The position numbers and the translations under genes were made by a program. From contig JAFQUJ010000017.1 in assembly GCA_017408585.1 (NCBI GenBank), positions 36,782-100,781 on the forward strand: a stretch of 64,000 nucleotides of DNA. Reading direction: 5' to 3'. The stretch comes from Clostridia bacterium (GTDB lineage Bacteria > Bacillota > Clostridia > Oscillospirales > CAG-272). This document shows positions 38,794 through 46,466 of this stretch, one piece after another (the first letter of the stretch is position 1; every line of letters begins with the position of its first letter). Under the pieces are notes generated by a model. It did no database searches. It was not told where the DNA came from and saw only the letters and a program-made list of their open reading frames with translations.

Positions 38794-39459
38794 TCAGTTC
38801 TGTTCTGTCTGTTCATCACCTATTACATTATGAATTTTAGTATATACCTCGCAAGGACTGCTATATTTTTCGCCTCTAAATATATATTGTTTTTCAATTA
38901 TTTTGATTTCAAGATTCGGATTATCACAAAGCTCCTTAGGTATTATACAAACATCGCAAAAAGGATCGTGCGCATCTGGCGCCTCTGTAAGTATATTGCA
39001 TACTGTGTTATAAGTTATAGTGTAATAGTTATCTTCTTTTTTGAAATCAGTATAGTATATATCAGCATTCCGAATGTGTCCACTAAACCCTCTCACTATG
39101 AGGACAAAATTTTCCTCAAAGGTTTGTTCTGTAACTTCTGTAAGACAATCCTCTCGACCCTCTATTATCCCCTTTTCAAAATCCTCGTAGTCAAAAATGG
39201 CTTTGACATATGAAAACATATGGTAATTATTTTCCAAAACACCTGTTTCATAATACCAGCCTATCCACGATTCATACGCATCAGCAAAGGTATCACGAGT
39301 TACGATGTTTAATGCGGACTCTTCTTTTGCGCTTTCTTCCTTGCTTATGCTCTCTTGGGTGCTCTCGCTCGAACTTTCCGTTTGCGTTTCGTTATCACAC
39401 GACACGAAAGCCCCAAAACATAGAATCAAAAATAGAATAAGTGATAGGATTTTTTTCAT
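38794..39459 (-). CDS. Lipoprotein, 221 aa (cassette D)
   Basis: Same first ~38 aa as cassette E; shares 'VTEQTFE.N.VL', 'SGHIR' and 'IYY'. Confidence 0.85.
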   Translation of the reverse strand: MKKILSLILFLILCFGAFVSCDNETQTESSSESTQESISKEESAKEESALNIVTRDTFADAYESWIGWYYETGVLENNYHMFSYVKAIFDYEDFEKGIIEGREDCLTEVTEQTFEENFVLIVRGFSGHIRNADIYYTDFKKEDNYYTITYNTVCNILTEAPDAHDPFCDVCIIPKELCDNPNLEIKIIEKQYIFRGEKYSSPCEVYTKIHNVIGDEQTEQN

Positions 39460-39465
39460 AAAATC

Positions 39466-39528
39466 AACTCCTTTTGAAATGGCGCGAGGGTCGCACCCTT
39501 GTTTGCTTTTGCTAAGACACAGAACTAT
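39466..39528 (-). repeat. Inter-cassette repeat R3
   Basis: Same core sequence. Confidence 0.9.
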
Positions 39529-39544
39529 CGACTGTCCGTTTCTA

Positions 39545-40090
39545 TTATTCGTAATGCCTTTTTATCGCTCTGTGATGAATTTGATTTATTGATATTGAGT
39601 CAAACTGTTCAGGGGTGTTGCTTTCTGTTTTGAAAACATACACAAGGTCACATTTCGCGTAAGCTTTTTCGCCATCACTCGCGTCAAAGCATATTTCGCC
39701 ATTCTCCAAGTATGCTTTGCGAGAAGCCACGGTTTCAACAGTTACAGTGCATTTGCCGTCTGCAACCTCAACACCACGATATCCTATAGTACCGGGACCC
39801 GCTTTACCGTATGAAATTACGATTATGTAGTTGTAATCAAAGAAATCCTCTGCTACTCGATAATACGAACTTGTTTCTTGAGCGGTTTCCAAAAAGCTCT
39901 CAAGCTGTTCGCGATTTTCTATTAGCTGTGGCTCGTAAAAACCAAACGGTATTTCCGCTTCCGTATGAACCGTTTTGTAGTAAAGATATTCGGAATCATC
40001 GAAGGTATCGGTCTGACTTGTACGGTTATCTTTTACTATCGGTGACAAATTCAAAATAACCGCTAAAATTAAAATCATAATCTTTCTCAT
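39545..40090 (-). CDS. Exported protein, 181 aa (cassette C), distant paralogue of B/D/E
   Basis: Signal-like N-terminus without a lipobox Cys; ATGA overlap with B; 'EDFFDYNYIIVI' resembles 'EKDFEENIVL'. Confidence 0.75.
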   Translation of the reverse strand: MRKIMILILAVILNLSPIVKDNRTSQTDTFDDSEYLYYKTVHTEAEIPFGFYEPQLIENREQLESFLETAQETSSYYRVAEDFFDYNYIIVISYGKAGPGTIGYRGVEVADGKCTVTVETVASRKAYLENGEICFDASDGEKAYAKCDLVYVFKTESNTPEQFDSISINQIHHRAIKRHYE

Positions 40091-40665
40091 TCAATTATCA
40101 CCACCTGTTCCTCGATAAAAGTGCGTTTTATTTGTATTTTTTCCTCTTCGTCAACAGACCTTGTCAGCTCTGATTTTGGAACGAGAATTACCTCGTAATA
40201 TCTTGTAGTAACATTAACTGCGTCAAGATAAATAGCACCATAAACCTTTTCGCCTGTTTTGTATTTGTAATCAAATGCATTAAAGTATCTTGATCTTGAT
40301 TCAATAGTGCTACCCTCGTCATTTGAGGAGAAATTACAATATCCCAAAAATGAATCGCCTGAAGGAGTTATTGTTGAAAAAAGCACTATATTTTCTTCAA
40401 AATCCTTTTCGGTTATATATGATTTTGTGTAGTCATATTCTTCGAAAAGAGCTTGCAATTCAGAATAGTCCTTTATCAAACGACAATCCGCCACAGGAGA
40501 AACAACCAGTGGCTCCTTGTATATTGTTTCAAAGTAATAGTAGTCCACATATTCTATGGCTTTTGCACTCTCACTTGAACTTTCTGTCGGTGTTTCATTA
40601 TCACACGATACGAAAATGCCAAGGCAGAAAACAAGTGTTAAAAGTATTGATAGTAGTTTTTTCAT
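40087..40665 (-). CDS. Lipoprotein, 192 aa (cassette B)
   Basis: MKKLLSILLTLVFCLGIFVSCDNETPTESSSE. Confidence 0.85.
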   Translation of the reverse strand: MKKLLSILLTLVFCLGIFVSCDNETPTESSSESAKAIEYVDYYYFETIYKEPLVVSPVADCRLIKDYSELQALFEEYDYTKSYITEKDFEENIVLFSTITPSGDSFLGYCNFSSNDEGSTIESRSRYFNAFDYKYKTGEKVYGAIYLDAVNVTTRYYEVILVPKSELTRSVDEEEKIQIKRTFIEEQVVIIE

Positions 40666-40671
40666 AAAATC

Positions 40672-40729
40672 AACTCCTTTTGAAGTGGCGCGAGGGTCGC
40701 ACCCTTATTTGCTTTTGCTAAGACACAGA
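40672..40729 (-). repeat. Inter-cassette repeat R4
   Basis: Same core with one substitution (cttatttgc). Confidence 0.9.
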
Positions 40730-40739
40730 GTTGTCCATG

Positions 40740-41636
40740 TCAGTTCCCTATCAGTTTCGTTGTAGCAAATGTTGGATAGAATGTTTTTTCACTTTCATCT
40801 GATAGTTTTAGGTTAATCCACATTCCTGATAATATAGTTATTTCCCCACTCGCCTCATCTTTAAAAATGCTTTGTTCATAAAACGCTTTATCCACAATTT
40901 TAGCTCCATTTGTTTCATATTGCTTTTTTAACTCACTTTCAATGCTTTCACGAAGCTTTGAATTGTCTATCTTATAAAGGTCGTCAAACACTCCGATTTG
41001 ACCTATGGATATTTCTGCAACAATTCCACTATTCGTTATAACTGTATAGAAATAATCATTTGTGTAATATCCTTGCACCTTTTTTACATAAATGAACATT
41101 TCGGCATAGGGCATTTCATTAGTGCCGGGATATTCATAAAGTTTTTCGGAGTGCACCTCATACAAAGAAGTGTCAGTTAGATATCGATTTGCCAATTCTT
41201 GTGCTATAAGCATAAGATCTTCGTTTGGTACATTATTTTTTTCGTCACTATAATTTGAAATTTTCTGCTTGAAGTATTTAAGATTGTCGGTATTTTCAAG
41301 AAATGCAAAGCTAACTCCGGATTCTTTGTTTTCGTAGTAATCTATTTTTGCATTCGTTAGGTTTATTTGATTTGTAGAAATATAGCTCCCATCATATAAC
41401 TTTCCATACACGAGAAGCTGTTTATCTAGCATATTATCCTTTTCGCAAAATACCACTCCTATATTGCAAATATCGTTATCAAATGGCAAAACAACTCCCG
41501 ATGTATCCAAGTGAATTTCTTCGCTTTTATAGAGAATATCCTCGCTTGAGCTTTCTGTCGGTGTTTCATTATCACACGATACGAAAATGCCAAGGCAGAA
41601 AATAAGTGTTAAAAGTATTGCTACTAGCTTTTTCAT
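40740..41636 (-). CDS. Lipoprotein, 298 aa (cassette A); mature domain not visibly related to B-E
   Basis: ATG 41636 with AAGGAG RBS; MKKLVAILLTLIFCLGIFVSCDNETPTESSSE. Confidence 0.85.
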   Translation of the reverse strand: MKKLVAILLTLIFCLGIFVSCDNETPTESSSEDILYKSEEIHLDTSGVVLPFDNDICNIGVVFCEKDNMLDKQLLVYGKLYDGSYISTNQINLTNAKIDYYENKESGVSFAFLENTDNLKYFKQKISNYSDEKNNVPNEDLMLIAQELANRYLTDTSLYEVHSEKLYEYPGTNEMPYAEMFIYVKKVQGYYTNDYFYTVITNSGIVAEISIGQIGVFDDLYKIDNSKLRESIESELKKQYETNGAKIVDKAFYEQSIFKDEASGEITILSGMWINLKLSDESEKTFYPTFATTKLIGN

Positions 41637-41930
41637 AAAATCAGCTCCTTTGTTTATCTCGTTCCTTTCTAATTTCATTTTAGCATACAAATTCATAAAA
41701 TTCCTTAGTGTTCACAATTTTTTCACACAAGGCTTCCTGATTTTTCTGTTTTGCACAAATTTTGATTTTTTTATTGTCCTTTGAAATTATTATTTTTGTG
41801 CAAGATAACGATAATTTCCGCTTTTAATTTTTCTTCTATTTAATAAAACAATGGAAAATGAAAAGTGTGACAAGATTTTTAAAATTTTTTTAGATTTTTT
41901 ATTTTTTCTTGTTTTTAGGCTGAAAAAAGG

Positions 41931-41960
41931 AAAATCCTCTTGCACTCTCAAGAGGATTTT
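41931..41960 (-). terminator. Intrinsic terminator after xylB
   Basis: AAAATCCTCTTG-CACTCT-CAAGAGGATTTT. Confidence 0.75.
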
Positions 41961-41966
41961 TGTTAT

Positions 41967-43439
41967 TTATATTAGCTTATATGCGTCCTTTAGGGCTGGG
42001 TAGAGCACCTTGAAGGCTTGATATTTTTTCTCGTAGGCTTCGACAAGGTCGGGGCTTGGGAGAATGCTATCCTTGATTTTTATAAGTGCTCTTGTGGCGC
42101 TCTCTACGCTATCGTATTCGCCACAGCCGACCATTGCAAGAATTGCTCCACCATAGGCAGGGCCCTCCTCGATTTCGGGGCGACAAATCTCAATGCCGAG
42201 GGCATTTGCGCACACGATACGCCAAATCTCGTTCTTTGCTCCACCACCACAAATTAGGCTTTTCTCGATACATACCCCACTCTTTTTTGCAATTTCGATA
42301 CAATCACGAAGAGCGAAGGTAACTCCCTCCATTACAGCCAGAGTCATTTGCTCTCTTGTGGTATTGGGGCGCATACCGATAAATGCACCTCTTGCATCTA
42401 CATCATTATGAGGGCTTCTTTCACCCATGAGATAAGGTAGAAAATACACATCGTTTTTGCCAAGATACTTATAAAGTCCCTTTTGCTCGCCTGCGTAATC
42501 GTCGCTTTCAAGCACATTCTCCATCCACCATTTATTACATGATGCGGCGCTTAAAATACAGCCCATCAGGTGATATGCTCCACTTGCGTGACAGAAGGAG
42601 TGAAGCGCGTTTGCGCTATCAACTGAGAACTCGTTTTTCGAGATAAACACAGTTCCGCTTGTGCCAAGAGAGATATTACAAGAGCCGTCCTCGACTGTGC
42701 CTGTACCAACTGCGGCAGCGGCATTATCTCCTGCGCCGGCGCATATTACAACGCTCTCGCTAAGTCCTGTCACCCTTGCCATTTGAGGCAAGAGCGTGCC
42801 GATTGGCTCGTATGACTCATAAAGCGTTGGTAGCCATTCACGCTTGACATGGCAAATTTCTATCATTTCATCGCTCCATTTGCGATTTTTCACATCAAGC
42901 AAAAGCATTCCGCTGGCATCGGAATAGTCGGTTGCGTGTACTCCGCTTAGCTTATATGCAAGATAGTCCTTAGGAAGCATAATTTTTGCGATTTTTGCAA
43001 AGTTATCGCTCTCGTTTTGCTCCAGCCAAAGAATTTTTGGTGCTGTGAAGCCTGCAAAGGAAATGTTTGCAGTATATTTTGAGAGCGTTTCCTTTCCAAT
43101 TACCTCGTTTAGATAATCGCTTTGCTCCTGTGTTCTACCATCGTTCCAAAGAATTGCGGGGCGAATTACATTATCGTTTTCGTCAAGAACGACAAGACCG
43201 TGCATCTGTCCACCAAAGGAAATTCCCTTGATTTGTGATTTATCGTAGCCCTGTGTCAGAGCGTCGAGCGCACGAAGGGTGGCGTCCAGCCAATCCTGCG
43301 GATTTTGCTCGCTCCAGCCGTTTCTCGGGTATGCGATTGGGTAGTCGCGACTTACGCTATTTATGATTTTTCCGTCGGCACTCACCAAAAGAAGCTTGAC
43401 TGATGATGTGCCGAGGTCAATTCCAATATAACTGTTCAT
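41967..43439 (-). CDS. xylB: Xylulokinase
   Basis: IGIDLGTSSVK, GQMHG, ILWND, GDNAA, YLMGERSP and GGGA; follows xylA. Confidence 0.93.
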   Translation of the reverse strand: MNSYIGIDLGTSSVKLLLVSADGKIINSVSRDYPIAYPRNGWSEQNPQDWLDATLRALDALTQGYDKSQIKGISFGGQMHGLVVLDENDNVIRPAILWNDGRTQEQSDYLNEVIGKETLSKYTANISFAGFTAPKILWLEQNESDNFAKIAKIMLPKDYLAYKLSGVHATDYSDASGMLLLDVKNRKWSDEMIEICHVKREWLPTLYESYEPIGTLLPQMARVTGLSESVVICAGAGDNAAAAVGTGTVEDGSCNISLGTSGTVFISKNEFSVDSANALHSFCHASGAYHLMGCILSAASCNKWWMENVLESDDYAGEQKGLYKYLGKNDVYFLPYLMGERSPHNDVDARGAFIGMRPNTTREQMTLAVMEGVTFALRDCIEIAKKSGVCIEKSLICGGGAKNEIWRIVCANALGIEICRPEIEEGPAYGGAILAMVGCGEYDSVESATRALIKIKDSILPSPDLVEAYEKKYQAFKVLYPALKDAYKLI

Positions 43440-43440
43440 A

Positions 43441-44757
43441 TTAACCAAATAGTATGCTATTTACGATTGCCTCGAGGCTCTCCTGCTTTCCACTACCCGG
43501 AAGCTCACAAGTGCCTCTGTCGCACGCATACTGTGCAATTTCCTCGAGCGTTGCACCCTCGCTCATGATTTTTTGACCGATTTCGGTGCTTGTATAGCTT
43601 GAATATCTTTTTTCGATAAAGCCATCAATCCTGCCGTCCTCGATTAGCTCCGCTGCCTTGATAAGACCAAGAGCAAAGGTATCCATACCGAGAATGAACG
43701 CCTCAAACATATCCTCGTAGGTGTATGATGGGCGACGGTTCTTAGCGTCAAAGTTAAAGCCACCTGTGAGTCCGCCCGCCTTGAGAACCTCGTACATACA
43801 CATAGTTGCAGTATAAACATCGAATGGGAACTCGTCGGTATCCCAGCCGAGAAGCATATCGCCTTGGTTTGCGTCGATTGAGCCGAGCATTCCGTTAATT
43901 GCGCTAACTCTTAGGTCGTGCTGGAAGGTGTGACCTGCAAGTGTTGCGTGGTTTGCCTCAATGTTCATTTTGAAGTCCTTATCAAGACCATGCGCCTTCA
44001 AAAAGCCGATTGCGGTTGCAGCGTCAAAATCGTATTGATGCTTCATTGGCTCTTTCGGCTTAGGCTCAATGTAGAAATCACCTGTAAAGCCAATCTTGCG
44101 TCCGTATTCAACTGCCATTTTCATTAGGCGTGCGATATTGTCCTGCTCAAACGCCATATCGGTATTGAGAAGGGTTTCGTAGCCCTCTCGTCCACCCCAA
44201 AACACATATCCTCGTCCACCGAGCTTTACTGTTAGCTCGAGCGCCTTTTTAACCTGTGCGCAAGCAAAGGCGAAAACCTCTGCGCTATTTGACGAGCCTG
44301 CGCCATTTACAAAGCGAGGATTTGAGAACATATTAGCAGTTCCCCAAAGGCACTTAATGTCTGTGCCCTCCATCTTTTCGAGAATGTAATCTGTTATCTC
44401 GTCAAGACGGCGATTTGTTTCGTTGATGTCCTGTGCCTCAGGAACGATATCAACATCGTGGAAGCAGAAATATTTGATGCCGAGCTTCTGCATAAACTCA
44501 AATCCTGCATCAACCTTAGCCTTAGCGTGCTCCATTGTGCCATACTCTTGTCCAAAGGACTTGTCGGCAACTCCACGACCGAACATATCTGTTCCCTCAG
44601 CGCAAAGATTGTGCCACCAAGCCATAGCGAATGGTAGGTGCTCGCTCATTTTTTTGCCGAAAATTACTCTGTCGGCATCGTAATACTTGAAGGCAAGAGG
44701 GTTTTTGCTCTTTGAGCCCTCGTATTTAATTTGTGGGATATTTTTGAAAATTTCCAT
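43441..44757 (-). CDS. xylA: Xylose isomerase (class II)
   Basis: [26 protein letters not shown] and WDTD. Confidence 0.97.
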   Translation of the reverse strand: MEIFKNIPQIKYEGSKSKNPLAFKYYDADRVIFGKKMSEHLPFAMAWWHNLCAEGTDMFGRGVADKSFGQEYGTMEHAKAKVDAGFEFMQKLGIKYFCFHDVDIVPEAQDINETNRRLDEITDYILEKMEGTDIKCLWGTANMFSNPRFVNGAGSSNSAEVFAFACAQVKKALELTVKLGGRGYVFWGGREGYETLLNTDMAFEQDNIARLMKMAVEYGRKIGFTGDFYIEPKPKEPMKHQYDFDAATAIGFLKAHGLDKDFKMNIEANHATLAGHTFQHDLRVSAINGMLGSIDANQGDMLLGWDTDEFPFDVYTATMCMYEVLKAGGLTGGFNFDAKNRRPSYTYEDMFEAFILGMDTFALGLIKAAELIEDGRIDGFIEKRYSSYTSTEIGQKIMSEGATLEEIAQYACDRGTCELPGSGKQESLEAIVNSILFG

Positions 44758-44826
44758 ATTAGCTCTCCTTAAATTATTATTACTTATATTTTAATATATA
44801 TTCATGCTTTTTTCAATACCTCGTGC

Positions 44827-44857
44827 AAAAAATCCAAGGATTTCTCCTTGGATTTTT
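44827..44857 (-). terminator. Intrinsic terminator after the serpin gene
   Basis: AAAAATCCAAGGA-TTTC-TCCTTGGATTTTT. Confidence 0.75.
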
Positions 44858-44870
44858 AATATTTTACTGT

Positions 44871-46295
44871 CTAAATGTCCATTACCGCACCGATAAACAC
44901 AGGAAGATTGGTTGCGTTATCGACAATCATATAAACAAAGGGGCGGTCAAGCGTTACGCTCCAATAAATCTTGCTTTCGCTTTCTGCGCTATCCTCAACC
45001 ATCGTAACCGCACCTGCCCTTGTACCGAGGTTGTCAAGGGAGATAAAGGTTTTGTGGACAACTTGGCTTATGTACAGGCTCTCGTTTGAGATATTTCCAA
45101 AATCGGCACTGCCCTGCAAAAATGCGGTTGGCATTCCGAGCTCGCTCAAAAGCTCATTCATTTCAAGCGAATATTCGTGCTCGAATTTAGGTACTTGAAT
45201 TATGCCCTCTCCGCCGTGCTTTACACTGCCCAAGGTATCAAGCAGGGTCTGTGCGTCAAGTGACGCAATATAGTCATTTATCGACACAGCCTCGCCCGGA
45301 AGCAACGCCACAAAGCTATAAGCGCCACCCTCGTAGTTCTTTTTAAAGCCCGTTGCGCTATCTGTTTCGATATACATATATTCGCCGTCACGATACATCA
45401 TCTCAACCTGCTTTTTATTGCCTGAAATGTTGGTGAATTCACCGTCATAGTTGCAATTTTCGTTAAACGGTCTTTCCCATTTTGCATCAAACATAATCGC
45501 GTTTATCAGATACATCACCGCCTCTTGCGGTATTTCCTTTAAGATTTCCTTTATCATTGAGTCGGTGTTTTTATCGACCCATGCGTTGATGCTGTTGACT
45601 GTTGTATCGTCAAATTTTGCCCTGTAAAGCTCTGCGCGGAAATATCTTTGATTTTTCTCTAAAAATTCACTCTTTACCACAAAGGAATCCGAGCTTTTAA
45701 ACCATATGGAGTTCGCAATTTTAAGCGTTGCGCCCTCGCTTGATGGCAGGCTCTGTCTGTAAGATGCAAGATAATTATTCAACTCCTCGAGGGTAATGTT
45801 ATCGGCAAGAAGCGCCTCCATTTCCGCTCTTGTTTGTCCGCACGCGCCGTTTGCATTCATCGCAAGCGCCATTTGTACGGATAGCGGAGAAATAAAGACA
45901 TTCTCATTTTCGCTCTTTTTTGCAAACGCCTTAAAAAGGTCGAGTGACAGCTTCATTTGAGAGGATATAAATCTCTGATCTAAGATTTTAATAAAATCTA
46001 TTTCCTCCATCATATCCGCTGTGAGATTTACCACACTGTCATCGAGCTCCTTTTCGACAGGCTCGTCTAAAGCACTTGACGACTCCTCACTTGATGATGA
46101 CTCATTTGATGTCGTTTCGCTTGATGGCTCTCCCGGTGACTCTTGGGTATCAAGAGTGCTGCTTTGCTCTTGCACTTTTTCGGACTCTGAGCTTTGTGCC
46201 ATCTCACTTGAGGATTCTGTGCTATCGGTCGCGCACGATGCAAGCACGCCTAAAAGCATACACGCTAAAAGGAATATTGCTATTGTTTTTTTCAT
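44871..46295 (-). CDS. Serpin-family lipoprotein, 474 aa
   Basis: Lipobox LASC; S/E-rich linker; NVFISPLS, LINAIMF.AKW, PKF, hinge GTRAGAVT, DRPF and PVFIG. Confidence 0.93.
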   Translation of the reverse strand: MKKTIAIFLLACMLLGVLASCATDSTESSSEMAQSSESEKVQEQSSTLDTQESPGEPSSETTSNESSSSEESSSALDEPVEKELDDSVVNLTADMMEEIDFIKILDQRFISSQMKLSLDLFKAFAKKSENENVFISPLSVQMALAMNANGACGQTRAEMEALLADNITLEELNNYLASYRQSLPSSEGATLKIANSIWFKSSDSFVVKSEFLEKNQRYFRAELYRAKFDDTTVNSINAWVDKNTDSMIKEILKEIPQEAVMYLINAIMFDAKWERPFNENCNYDGEFTNISGNKKQVEMMYRDGEYMYIETDSATGFKKNYEGGAYSFVALLPGEAVSINDYIASLDAQTLLDTLGSVKHGGEGIIQVPKFEHEYSLEMNELLSELGMPTAFLQGSADFGNISNESLYISQVVHKTFISLDNLGTRAGAVTMVEDSAESESKIYWSVTLDRPFVYMIVDNATNLPVFIGAVMDI

Positions 46296-46425
46296 AGTCT
46301 GTGCCTCCTATATTATTTGTTCTCCCATTTTTAGGATAGCACGCACATTTGACAATGTCAACAAATTACACAAAGCTTTCAGGCTGTTTTCACAAAATCC
46401 TCAAAAAACCACTCTATATCACAAA

Positions 46426-46455
46426 AAATCACTCAAGGAAAGCCTTGAGTGATTT
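46426..46455 (-). terminator. Intrinsic terminator of the MoxR-vWA operon
   Basis: AAATCACTCAAGG-AAAG-CCTTGAGTGATTT. Confidence 0.75.
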
Positions 46456-46466
46456 AATTGATTGGA

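Noticed and set aside
38605-39213. 202-aa plus-strand ORF across the cassette array
   Set aside because: Antisense to two well-supported lipoprotein genes, with no RBS or recognisable motif
37948-40729. CRISPR array or canonical integron
   Set aside because: The spacers are whole genes of 0.7-1.2 kb, no cas or intI gene is present, and the repeats lack attC GTT/AAC ends
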